This document shows, one piece after another, positions 29,918 through 39,312 of a stretch of DNA of 64,000 nucleotides. The translations under genes were made by a program, and so were the position numbers. Numbering within the stretch: position 1 is the first letter of the stretch; every line of letters starts with the position of its first letter. Under the pieces are notes generated by a model, which was not told the DNA's origin, searched no databases, and saw only the letters and a list, made by a program, of their open reading frames with translations. The stretch comes from a virus. Location of the stretch: positions 5,899 to 69,898 of IMG/VR virus record IMGVR_UViG_3300042691_037929. One strand, 5' to 3'.

Positions 29918-30688
29918 ATGATAAGTTTTAGAAAAGAAATATTGTTAGAGAAAAGAAATTTTAATTTTTCAAAATATGAAGAATTATATAATTTATTAAT
30001 TCTTTTACCTAGTTTTTTAGAAAGATTTTCACCTTTTCAATATGAAGAGTCAATTTTACCTTCTTCAAAAATTAATTTTAGTTTTTACACTAGAACTAAA
30101 TTAAGTACTGATTTTATACAAGACTTGTGCGGCTCTAATTTTAATGTTGAAATGGAGTTGGCAAGCATTGTTTCTGAGAGCATTTGTTCAGAAAGTGTTG
30201 TTAATTTTTTAAATTGTAACTATTATAATATAAAAAAAAGTATTATTATAGAAAAAAGAATTAGTTCAGATAAAAATAAGATAAAGAATTTTTTTAAAAT
30301 TATGAATCTTATTTATAAAGACTATAATAAATATAATGATTTAATTGTTATTTCTAATGAATTTTATGAAGTTTTACTTTGTAATAAAGAAAAGACAGAG
30401 CTTGAACATATCCTTAAACTCAATGATGATTTAGATAATTATGCAATGGGGATGGCAATCGTTTTTTTATATAAAAAAAATGTTCCAATTTATATGAACA
30501 ATTATGTTAAAAATGATAGTCTTTTTTTTGTAAAAAATATCAAAAAAGTAAAATTTAATTTAGAATTTATCTGTAATAAAAATTTTAAACCAAATTATGA
30601 CCCTAATACATTTGCTCCTTTTTTTGGTTTATTTAAGGTTAATGTTTTATATCCAAAAAATCTAATTACTTCACATTATAAAATATAA
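29918..30688 (+). CDS. Diverged, truncated major capsid protein (gp23-like) paralogue
   Basis: STDFIQDL...NVEMELASIVSESICSE vs gp23 SIELAQDL...DADAELSGILATEIMLE; DLIVIS vs NFIIAS; YDPNTFAPFFG vs DPKNFQPVMG (gp23 motifs recalled). Confidence 0.7.
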   Translation: MISFRKEILLEKRNFNFSKYEELYNLLILLPSFLERFSPFQYEESILPSSKINFSFYTRTKLSTDFIQDLCGSNFNVEMELASIVSESICSESVVNFLNCNYYNIKKSIIIEKRISSDKNKIKNFFKIMNLIYKDYNKYNDLIVISNEFYEVLLCNKEKTELEHILKLNDDLDNYAMGMAIVFLYKKNVPIYMNNYVKNDSLFFVKNIKKVKFNLEFICNKNFKPNYDPNTFAPFFGLFKVNVLYPKNLITSHYKI

Positions 30689-30692
30689 AAAT

Positions 30693-33002
30693 ATGGAAAA
30701 TAAAGAAAGCAAAACAGTTATAACTGGAGTAATTAAAAGAGTTAAATTCCACAATCCAGCCAATGGATATGGAATTTTAAGTGTTGAGTTAATTGAAAAT
30801 CAAGATGTAAAAGACAACGTTACAGTTACTGTTAATCAACCAAAATTATACGAAGGTGTTACTATGAGTTTTACTGGAGATTGGATAAAACATCCTAAGT
30901 TCGGTAAACAATTTCAGGCAGAATCTTGCTATGAATTGCCGCCAGCCACAAAAGAGGCTGTAGTAAGATATTTAAGTTCTGGATTCTTTCCTGGTATTGG
31001 TCCAGCAACAGCCAGAAAAATTGTTAGTTATTTTGGCGATGATGCACTGGAGGTTTTCAGAAAAAATATTGATAGACTTTCTGAAGTTAAAGGTATCAAC
31101 AAAAAGAAACTTGATAGTTTAAAGGAGAATTGGAGACAAAATCAAGAAATGAATAATATTATGCTTTTTTTGCAAGAGCATATGGTTAACACTATTTTTT
31201 CTGTAAAAATCTATAAAGAATACGGTATAAACTCTATCCCAGTAATAAAAAAGAATCCTTATAAATTATCAACAGATATTCATGGTGTAGGCTTTGCTAT
31301 GTCAGATAAATTGGCAATGAGTTTAGGCTTTGATGAAAGAGGTGAAGAAAGAATAAATGCCGCTATACATCACATTTTAAGTCATAACCAAACTGACGGT
31401 CATTGTTATTTAACTGAAAGACAAATTAAGGGAAGAGTTAAAAGTCTTTTAGGTATAGATGTTTCAGGGCAAATTGAAGAAATACTGGAGAAGCAACAAT
31501 TAGAAGAGAAAATAGTATGTATAAATTTCTCTAAAGATAACGGAAGAGAAGAAAGAAGATATTATTCAAGAGATATATATTATGACGAAAGATATGTTGC
31601 AGAAAAGGTTATAAGGCTTGCCAAAAAGAAATATGTAAGCGATACAAGAGAGTTAAGGAATAGGCTTGTAGATATGCTTAGTAAATCTGAAATTAAATTA
31701 AGTGATGAACAGTTTGATGCTTGTATAGGCGTACTTTCAAACGGTCTTTCAGTTTTAACTGGAGGTCCTGGTGTTGGTAAGTCAACAACTGTAAAGTTTA
31801 TTTATGAAATATTGAGAAGCATCAATAAAGATGTTGTTTTGGCTGCACCAACTGGACGAGCCGCTCAAAGATTGATGGATATAATTGGAGAGGAAGCTAA
31901 AACAATACATAGACTTTTGAAGTGGGATGTTGCAAATAATAGGTTTAGAAAGTGTGAAAAGGATTTGCTGGAAGCTGATTTTATCATATTAGATGAATCT
32001 TCTATGATTGATATTAGATTGGCCGCATCTTTTTTGAGAGCAATATCTCCAGGGACTCAAGTGTTGATAGTTGGCGATAAAGACCAGTTACCTTCTGTTG
32101 GGCCTGGGAATCTTATGGCTGATTTTATTAAGAGCGAATGTATACCAATTTATAGCTTAACTAAAGTTTTCAGACAGGCTGAGCAATCGAAGATAATTAG
32201 TTATGCCCACACAATGAATAAAGGAGTCACACCAGATGTACAAACTCCTTTTGAAAAGCCAGAAATATGGCAAAATGGTACTGATTGTATGTTTATAGAC
32301 ACATCAATGAATCCAGAAAAAATCACAGAACCTTTTAGCACTTTAAAGTATGGAATGGATGCTCTGGATACTATTGTTAAATTGTACAAAGAAATAATAC
32401 CTAAATATATGGGTAAAGAAACTGAAATACAGATTTTAGCTCCAATGAACAAAGGTTCTATAGGAACTAAAGAAATTAACAAAAGAGTACAAGAAGCAAT
32501 AAATCCTAAGGCAGAAGGCAAAAATGAGTTAATAATAGGAGAAAGAGTTTTTAGAGAAGGAGATAGAGTTATACAAACTGCAAACAATTACGACCTAAAC
32601 GTTTTTAACGGAGATATTGGTTATATTAGGAGAATTAATACAGGAGACTCTAGTTTTATTGTAGACTATGGAAATAGCAAATTTTCTAAATTGATTCATT
32701 ATGAAAGGTCTAATTTAATTGAAATAGAATTAGCTTATGCAATCACAATACATAAGTCTCAAGGTAGTGAATTTAAATGTGTTATTATACCAATTTTAAA
32801 TCAACATTATATAATGCTTTATAGAAATTTGATTTATACTGGATTGACTAGAGCTAAAGCTATGGGAATACTTCTTGGGGAAAGAGAAGCATTTGAAAGG
32901 TCAATAAAAAATATTGACCCTAATATTAGACAAACTTCTTTGAAAAGATTTTTAAGAGAACACTATGAACAAATAGAAGCAGAATTAGAATTTTTAAATT
33001 GA
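30693..33002 (+). CDS. recD2: RecD2-like SF1B DNA helicase
   Basis: N-terminal OB/HhH (GIGPATA), TGGPGVGKST, APTGRAA, DESSM, GDKDQLPSVG, YAITIHKSQGSE. Confidence 0.95.
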   Translation: MENKESKTVITGVIKRVKFHNPANGYGILSVELIENQDVKDNVTVTVNQPKLYEGVTMSFTGDWIKHPKFGKQFQAESCYELPPATKEAVVRYLSSGFFPGIGPATARKIVSYFGDDALEVFRKNIDRLSEVKGINKKKLDSLKENWRQNQEMNNIMLFLQEHMVNTIFSVKIYKEYGINSIPVIKKNPYKLSTDIHGVGFAMSDKLAMSLGFDERGEERINAAIHHILSHNQTDGHCYLTERQIKGRVKSLLGIDVSGQIEEILEKQQLEEKIVCINFSKDNGREERRYYSRDIYYDERYVAEKVIRLAKKKYVSDTRELRNRLVDMLSKSEIKLSDEQFDACIGVLSNGLSVLTGGPGVGKSTTVKFIYEILRSINKDVVLAAPTGRAAQRLMDIIGEEAKTIHRLLKWDVANNRFRKCEKDLLEADFIILDESSMIDIRLAASFLRAISPGTQVLIVGDKDQLPSVGPGNLMADFIKSECIPIYSLTKVFRQAEQSKIISYAHTMNKGVTPDVQTPFEKPEIWQNGTDCMFIDTSMNPEKITEPFSTLKYGMDALDTIVKLYKEIIPKYMGKETEIQILAPMNKGSIGTKEINKRVQEAINPKAEGKNELIIGERVFREGDRVIQTANNYDLNVFNGDIGYIRRINTGDSSFIVDYGNSKFSKLIHYERSNLIEIELAYAITIHKSQGSEFKCVIIPILNQHYIMLYRNLIYTGLTRAKAMGILLGEREAFERSIKNIDPNIRQTSLKRFLREHYEQIEAELEFLN

Positions 33003-33449
33003 TAGAATTTCTTTTTTAATTCTTTCTATAACTGCGTTTCTATCTTTTTTTAGTTCTGATTCCCATACACGAAAGATATTGTAGCCCATTCCTTTTGCTA
33101 TAATATCTTTCCATTTATCGTTTTTTACACTTCTTTTCTGCATTTCATTTAATGTGGTATATTTTTCTGGGTTTGCATGAAAATAATCGCCATCTACTTC
33201 ACAAATAGTCTTTGTTGAGGGAATATAATAATCAAATATTTTTCCTTTTAATATTTTTTGAGATTCATATTCAATATTAAGTTCTTTTAATATTGATTCA
33301 AATTCTCTTTCTGGCCAAGTTTTATTTTTGTCCATTTTATAGGACTGTGCATTCAAATATTTAATTTTCTTTATTGGATTATTTGTTAAAGATTTTTTTT
33401 GTCTTCTCAGTATACTAGCTACTTTTTTCTTTTTTTCATATTCATTCAT
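32994..33449 (-). CDS. DUF559/Vsr-like endonuclease
   Basis: E..F...L, DYYIP, EVDGDYFH, D..K, RVWE motifs. Confidence 0.85.
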   Translation of the reverse strand: MNEYEKKKKVASILRRQKKSLTNNPIKKIKYLNAQSYKMDKNKTWPEREFESILKELNIEYESQKILKGKIFDYYIPSTKTICEVDGDYFHANPEKYTTLNEMQKRSVKNDKWKDIIAKGMGYNIFRVWESELKKDRNAVIERIKKEILSI

Positions 33450-33465
33450 AATATATAAATAATGC

Positions 33466-33493
33466 TTTACTTTTAAAAACTAAATATTATAAT
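33466..33493 (+). promoter_or_regulatory. TTTACT-N16-TATAAT promoter (late motif TATTTATA follows at 33514)
   Basis: Motif and spacing shared with five other sites. Confidence 0.6.
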
Positions 33494-33541
33494 TATAAAA
33501 AATTAGAAGCAACTATTTATAATTAAATAAAATATTAAAAT

Positions 33542-34426
33542 ATGTCAGAAGAAATTAATTTAGGAGGAACAAGACCTCAACAACAAGCAAGCAGCAATCC
33601 TTTAGAGCCTCAAGTTACTACAAGAAATCAAGAAATCGCTCAAAAACATGATATACCAGAGCAGTTCATAGATACTGAATTTATGGTTCCTACTGATTTT
33701 GTTGATTTACCTTCAAAGGGAATATTTTATGCAAATAAAAAGAGTTCAGTAGAAGTTAAATATTTGACTGCAGAAGATGAAAACATTCTTACTAGTGGTG
33801 ATTTAATTAAGAGTGGAAAAGTTTTAGACGTTTTATTGGATAATGCAATAGTTGATAGAGAAATAAATTCTGAAGATTTATTGACTGGAGACAGAAATGC
33901 AATACTAATAAACCTTAGAATTACTGGTTATGGTGATGAATATGAAACAAAAACTAATTGCCCTAGTTGTGGACATACAAATAAGAGAGAAATACTTCTT
34001 TCAAGTTTAAGCTCAAAAGAAGTTCCATTTAAGCCAGATTCTGATGGAATGTTTACTGTTCAGCTACCTAAATGTAAAGCTAATATTAGATTTAGACTTT
34101 TAACTGGGAGGGATGAGCAAAGACTTAGAAAAGTTGCTGAACTTGGCAAGAAAACAATAGGTAAAAATGTAAAAGTTGAAACTATATTGACAGAAAAGTA
34201 TCTTTTGCAAATTATGGATGTAAATGGTAATACTGACAAAACCTATATTAAAAAATTCATATCAGTAATGCCTATTGCAGACAGCTTATTTTTTAGAGAA
34301 TATTTGTCACAAGTTGAACCAGGAATAGATTTAAATCATGATTTCGAATGTGAAAATTGTGGTAAAAATTATGAACAAGAAGTTCCAATTACTGCAAAAT
34401 TATTTTGGCCAAACGCTAATGTATAA
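33542..34426 (+). CDS. Baseplate hub/tail assembly chaperone (T4 gp26-like)
   Basis: LPSKGIFY, YLTAEDENIL, DRNAIL..LR...YG, CPSC and CENC; ends LFWP. Confidence 0.75.
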   Translation: MSEEINLGGTRPQQQASSNPLEPQVTTRNQEIAQKHDIPEQFIDTEFMVPTDFVDLPSKGIFYANKKSSVEVKYLTAEDENILTSGDLIKSGKVLDVLLDNAIVDREINSEDLLTGDRNAILINLRITGYGDEYETKTNCPSCGHTNKREILLSSLSSKEVPFKPDSDGMFTVQLPKCKANIRFRLLTGRDEQRLRKVAELGKKTIGKNVKVETILTEKYLLQIMDVNGNTDKTYIKKFISVMPIADSLFFREYLSQVEPGIDLNHDFECENCGKNYEQEVPITAKLFWPNANV

Positions 34427-35409
34427 TGTCTTATAGAGATATAGTCATAAATAATAATGTGCCCTTTGATGAGATTTTGATTCCATCTAAGGGCATTTTT
34501 TATGAAAACAAAAAAGATAGTTTTCTTGTTAAATATTTAACTGGGAAAGAGGAAAATATCTTGACATCACCTACATTAATTGATTCAGGAAAAGCTGTTG
34601 AAATGGTAATGAGCTCATGTATATTAGATTGGGAGGGTGATGTTAAGGATGTTTTGGTTGGAGACATAAATGCTGTAATCATATATTTACGTTCAACGTC
34701 TTATGGGGATAATATAAAATATGAACACCAATGCCCAAAATGTAAAACAAATTCAGAAAATACTTTAACTCTTTCTTCTTTAGAAATGAAAGATGTTACA
34801 GAACTCCCAGATGAAAATGGTTTATTTACTTTTGTTTTACCAAAGATGAAAATAAAAGGAGAAAATGTTGTTATAAAATTTAAGCCCAAAACTTTAGGTG
34901 ATGAAATTAAAATACTTAAAGAAATTGAAGTAAACAAAAAAGTTTTAGGAGATGTTATATTTGACAAAAAAGTAGAGATAACTTACAGAAATCAAATAGT
35001 TAGCATAAATGATATAGACGATGACTCTTTTAAGTTAAAAATAATTAAAAGTATGCCTTTGGGAGATTCTTTAAAATTTAGAGAATTTATTGATAGTGTT
35101 GAACCTGGAATTGACAATACAATTAATAGCGAATGCTATTCTTGTGGATTTGTTCAAAAAAATAAAATTCCAATTGATTATAATTTTATAAGATTAGGAA
35201 CAGAATATAGGGAAAATATGATGGAAGAAATATTTCTTATTTCATATTACGGAAAAGGTGGATTTACCAGAAATGATGTTTTTAATATACCTGTAAATGA
35301 AAGAAGGTGGATTTTACAGAGAATACAAGAAGAGGTTGACAAAAGGAATCAAGCAGAAAGAGAAGCTGTAAATAAAGCAAAAAGTCAATCAAACTCAAGA
35401 AGACTATAA
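34426..35409 (+). CDS. gp26-like paralogue with gp51/T-like C-terminal extension
   Basis: IPSKGIFY, YLTGKEENILTS, CPKC, CYSC, then EEIFLISYYGKGGFTRNDVFNIPVNERRW. Confidence 0.75.
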   Translation: MSYRDIVINNNVPFDEILIPSKGIFYENKKDSFLVKYLTGKEENILTSPTLIDSGKAVEMVMSSCILDWEGDVKDVLVGDINAVIIYLRSTSYGDNIKYEHQCPKCKTNSENTLTLSSLEMKDVTELPDENGLFTFVLPKMKIKGENVVIKFKPKTLGDEIKILKEIEVNKKVLGDVIFDKKVEITYRNQIVSINDIDDDSFKLKIIKSMPLGDSLKFREFIDSVEPGIDNTINSECYSCGFVQKNKIPIDYNFIRLGTEYRENMMEEIFLISYYGKGGFTRNDVFNIPVNERRWILQRIQEEVDKRNQAEREAVNKAKSQSNSRRL

Positions 35410-35542
35410 GTAATATTGCAAAAACAATTTTTATTTCTTATTATTGCATAAACTAAAAAAAATTAGTAAAAAGTAGCGTTATTAACCATAATTTGGCATA
35501 TTGCGTTACGAAAAACAAAAAAAACATTTAAAAAATAAAAAT

Positions 35543-35920
35543 ATGAAAAATTTAAAATTAGAAAAAACAGATTTAATAGTATTGTGGACTAAAAATTGTA
35601 AAAATACAAGAGATGTTAATTCTTTTTTAATACAAGGCTCAGAAGAAAGTCCATATTATTTGCTTGAAGTAAATGATAAAGTTTCTTTATATATTTCCGC
35701 AAATAATACAAACAAAGGTGACAATGGATATTCTTATAAAATAGGTGTTATATTTGAAAAATTTGTTGAATATATAAATTTTGATATTGACAAATCTGAA
35801 TTTGATTCTTTGGTTAATTTGTTTATAGAACAAAAAGAAAAATCTATGAATGAAATGGTAAAAGACATAATTTTTAAAGGTGAAAATATTCTTAAGACTA
35901 TGATTAATGATATTGAATAA
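35543..35920 (+). CDS. Hypothetical protein
   Basis: ORF from MKNLKLEK; ATTG-N20-TATTATTG promoter variant at 35415-35446. Confidence 0.55.
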   Translation: MKNLKLEKTDLIVLWTKNCKNTRDVNSFLIQGSEESPYYLLEVNDKVSLYISANNTNKGDNGYSYKIGVIFEKFVEYINFDIDKSEFDSLVNLFIEQKEKSMNEMVKDIIFKGENILKTMINDIE

Positions 35921-35922
35921 TA

Positions 35923-36531
35923 ATGTATTGGAATACGTTTAAAGAGTTTGAGGAATATCTTTTCGATAAAGGTCTAGGTCCTTTTGATGAAAATATTCCT
36001 CCTTATAGCACAGATATTGATATTGAAAATTCATTTTTAATTAATAGCTATTATAGCTTATATTTGAAAATGAAGAATGAATTTAAATTTCAACAAACAC
36101 AAATAAATCAAAAGACGATTAAGGAATATGTTGAAATTGTATTGCCTCAAGTTAATGAATTAATTAAAAACAATTCTTATTTTTATACTTTCGCCAGAAC
36201 TCCAGCAAGTTCTTTTTCTTATATTGAAGATAATATAATTTATAATAAAGCATTTGCAGTTAGTGCTTATAGAACTTATTATGATTATAAAACAATGTCT
36301 ACAAATAGAAGAAAAATATTATCCGAATCTATAAAATTAAATTATGACAATTTTGCATTTAATACTATATTATCAAAAAGAGACTTAAAAAAAGCAAGTA
36401 GTTTAAATAGCGACATTTTACTTATCCCTTATTGTTTAGACGCTCAATATTTAGACAAAATTAATAATGTATTTTTTTTTAATTTAAGAATTTCAAAAAT
36501 TTTAATCTCTAAAGATGTTAAATTGCTTTAG
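35923..36531 (+). CDS. Hypothetical protein, possible very diverged capsid derivative
   Basis: IVLPQV, ILSESIKLNYD, ILLIPY occur in the order of gp23-family motifs; weak. Confidence 0.4.
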   Translation: MYWNTFKEFEEYLFDKGLGPFDENIPPYSTDIDIENSFLINSYYSLYLKMKNEFKFQQTQINQKTIKEYVEIVLPQVNELIKNNSYFYTFARTPASSFSYIEDNIIYNKAFAVSAYRTYYDYKTMSTNRRKILSESIKLNYDNFAFNTILSKRDLKKASSLNSDILLIPYCLDAQYLDKINNVFFFNLRISKILISKDVKLL

Positions 36532-36572
36532 TAAATATAAAAAATACACTATTTATTATTAGTATATTTTTT

Positions 36573-37040
36573 ATGAAAGATTTAAATTTTATAAGACAAA
36601 TTATTAGAGAAGCTTTATCCGAAAGGGTTGAGTCTGGCAAAACTGGTATTCAAAGACTTAAGCAACAAGGATATTTGGGTGATGAAGAAAATATGCCAAT
36701 AGAGTCTTCTGATTATTATGTAAAGCTTAAGGGACATCCTTTGTTTTCGTTTTCATTTAATGATTTGGAAAATAAAAGAAGTTTTATTTCAAATAAAATA
36801 AAAGGAAAAATTGGCGTTTCTGGCAATGTATACGAAGCATTTAAAATTTTAGATAAAAAATTTGAAAAAATTGCATCAAATATTAAATCGGCCTTTTCTA
36901 AAAAAGTAAATCCAGCTACTCCAGATATTAAAGACTTTTCCAACGTTTCAATGGAAATAAAAGAATTTTTAAAAAACAATTCTTCTTCATTGTTAAATGA
37001 TAAAGATATTATATCTTGGTACAGATTAGATTCTATATAA
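36573..37040 (+). CDS. Hypothetical late protein, putative head-packaged
   Basis: TATTTATT at 36550; N-terminal FIRQIIREALSE. Confidence 0.55.
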   Translation: MKDLNFIRQIIREALSERVESGKTGIQRLKQQGYLGDEENMPIESSDYYVKLKGHPLFSFSFNDLENKRSFISNKIKGKIGVSGNVYEAFKILDKKFEKIASNIKSAFSKKVNPATPDIKDFSNVSMEIKEFLKNNSSSLLNDKDIISWYRLDSI

Positions 37041-37044
37041 TAAA

Positions 37045-38550
37045 ATGGACTACGAAAAGAAAATAAAAGAATTAGAAATTCAAACTGAAAGCATACTTGG
37101 CGGACTAGGAAGAGCGTTGAGAGGATTGGGTATGGGAATAAGAGGAGAGCGTTTTACTGATTCTGATGTTGAAGTTCAAAAAAAAGGTAAAAAAGCTCAA
37201 TATTCTGATGCGGTTAGGATGTCAGACCCAAATTATGACCCAGTTGGTGAGGCTGAATTATACTTAATAGGAGATGGTTCTGCAGAAGTGGTAGACAAAG
37301 AAATATCTTCCATCTTATTTTTTGAATATAATCCAATTGAAAGTAAAATAAGAGGCTCTTTTGTTAAAGTGGCCAATAAAGAAAAAGCTTTAAAGTATAA
37401 TCCGCAATTAGAATGGTTATTTAAAGGTAATTATGAAGCTACTGAAATCGGATTAACTAAACTTCCGTTTACTAGTTCTGGTGGAGTTAAGGGAAAAACT
37501 GTAAGGTTTGAAGGTATTTGGCATAGTGGAACATTTAGCGGAGTAATGAGGGGCGACTCAGAAATAAATGGCGGACAAATTATAGATGGACATTACATAT
37601 CTGGTGCTGAAGGATTTAAGATAGACCCTTGGGATTTAAAAAGTGGTGGATACTCTGTTTCGCAAGGTTTTGTTTTTGGAAAATATAGATTGGCTAAAGA
37701 AAATACAAAATATAAAAGACTTTCTATAACACAAGCTCCAGTAGACACAGTAATAAAAATTGTTGACAATAACGATGAGGAGTTTATTTTAAAAGTAGAA
37801 AAAGGAATAGATTTTTCTTCTTTGGACATGAAAATAAATGGTCAGGTTGTTTCTTGGGATAATTTTAATAGAAATGCTGCTAATTTTGAAAATACTTTTA
37901 TAAATGTTGGAAAACCTTTCTCTATACCAGGTTTAATAGAAATTAATAAAGGAGTACAATCAATAGAAGTTAAGTCTAAAGAATATGTAGGACAAGCAAC
38001 AGATTCAAATAATCAACAAGCCACAGCTCAATCATCAACAGTTAATGCAGATAAATTTGATATTAAAACAAAAAGACCTGGTTGGACACCTCCTAGCGGT
38101 TACTATTTATTTGATATAGATTTAAATGACTCTAATTTAATTGATGAAATAAGTAAGTTTAAAAACGATATAAATTCAGGTAAATTTTTTAAATATATAG
38201 AAATCTTTAGGCAACTTGTTGATGAAGGAAGAATTGATGGATATGGAAAGTATCCTAATTTAGCATTTATATATCCTAAAAACATAGGCGCTTCATATAA
38301 ATCTGAAGATTCAAAAAGAGATGCTCTGATGAAATATTTTTCTGATTTTAGAGAATATGTAATAGATAATTTTAAATCTGATAATGTTTCTAAATATTAT
38401 TTAAATAAATTAAAAAAAGAGATATTATCTGTAACGCCAACTAAAACAACAACAAAGGCAACACAAACTTCCAGAAGAGCAAAACCTCTAAAAGAGGGTG
38501 ATAATAGCCTTTCAATATTGAGTATATTAAAAAATACTATTAAGTTGTAA
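37045..38550 (+). CDS. Hypothetical protein (501 aa), putative virion
   Basis: Long ORF following 36573; short GxWxxGxF beta-repeat segment. Confidence 0.55.
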   Translation: MDYEKKIKELEIQTESILGGLGRALRGLGMGIRGERFTDSDVEVQKKGKKAQYSDAVRMSDPNYDPVGEAELYLIGDGSAEVVDKEISSILFFEYNPIESKIRGSFVKVANKEKALKYNPQLEWLFKGNYEATEIGLTKLPFTSSGGVKGKTVRFEGIWHSGTFSGVMRGDSEINGGQIIDGHYISGAEGFKIDPWDLKSGGYSVSQGFVFGKYRLAKENTKYKRLSITQAPVDTVIKIVDNNDEEFILKVEKGIDFSSLDMKINGQVVSWDNFNRNAANFENTFINVGKPFSIPGLIEINKGVQSIEVKSKEYVGQATDSNNQQATAQSSTVNADKFDIKTKRPGWTPPSGYYLFDIDLNDSNLIDEISKFKNDINSGKFFKYIEIFRQLVDEGRIDGYGKYPNLAFIYPKNIGASYKSEDSKRDALMKYFSDFREYVIDNFKSDNVSKYYLNKLKKEILSVTPTKTTTKATQTSRRAKPLKEGDNSLSILSILKNTIKL

Positions 38551-38598
38551 TATTTATTTCTTTTGTTCGTTATATCATTATAACATAAAAATTTAATT

Positions 38599-39198
38599 AT
38601 GTCAAAAGAATTTGAAAAAAGATATGGAAGACCAATGGCTGGCTCTAAATCAGTTCAACAAGTAAGTGTAGAAGAAAATAGTGCTCTTGTTAAAGTTCTA
38701 TTATTTCCACTAAAAGCTTTATTGTATGTGTTTAGAATTTTTGTGATTGGCCCAAAACCACATAATTTCATTAAATGGGGTGCAAGTGTTAATCCTGAAA
38801 CTTTATTATCTGGATTTGCCATGACATTTACAAGCTTGTTTATGTTTCTTTATCTAAGCGATATAGGTAAATTTCTAGAACAAAGTGAATTTTTTGGTGA
38901 ATTTTTAGGTATTGCAAAAGGTATAATCATTATTTATTTGCTTATACAATTTGTTAGAGGAATAGCTTTCTTGGGTGGAACAGACATTATACCATTGCAT
39001 GGAACTATAGGTTCACAAGTTAAATTTCATGATGGAATTTATAGAGGAAACGAATATGGTCCTGATGTTGAAGGTGCATTTAAAGGCACTAGAAAAAGTA
39101 ACATGGAAGATTTTATGGGTTACATGGACTCAAAAATGTCTTGGATGAGCAACCCTCAAAAAGAAAAATATTTCAAAGATATGTTCGGCGGTAAATAA
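38599..39198 (+). CDS. Hypothetical membrane protein
   Basis: Three hydrophobic segments. Confidence 0.6.
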   Translation: MSKEFEKRYGRPMAGSKSVQQVSVEENSALVKVLLFPLKALLYVFRIFVIGPKPHNFIKWGASVNPETLLSGFAMTFTSLFMFLYLSDIGKFLEQSEFFGEFLGIAKGIIIIYLLIQFVRGIAFLGGTDIIPLHGTIGSQVKFHDGIYRGNEYGPDVEGAFKGTRKSNMEDFMGYMDSKMSWMSNPQKEKYFKDMFGGK

Positions 39199-39218
39199 AA
39201 TAAATAACACTTTAAATT

Positions 39219-39246
39219 AAAAGAGGCTTATGGCCTCTTTTTTTTT
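39219..39246 (+). terminator. Intrinsic terminator
   Basis: AAAAGAGGC-TTATG-GCCTC-T9. Confidence 0.85.
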
Positions 39247-39312
39247 GTTTACTTTAAAAAAAAAATCAATAAAATTATTGTAAGATATTTATTAATAAAT
39301 TACATTAATTTT

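Noticed and set aside
34390-34430. Programmed frameshift between the two chaperone genes
   Set aside because: No canonical slippery heptamer; the second gene has its own ATG overlapping the stop and is a full paralogue.
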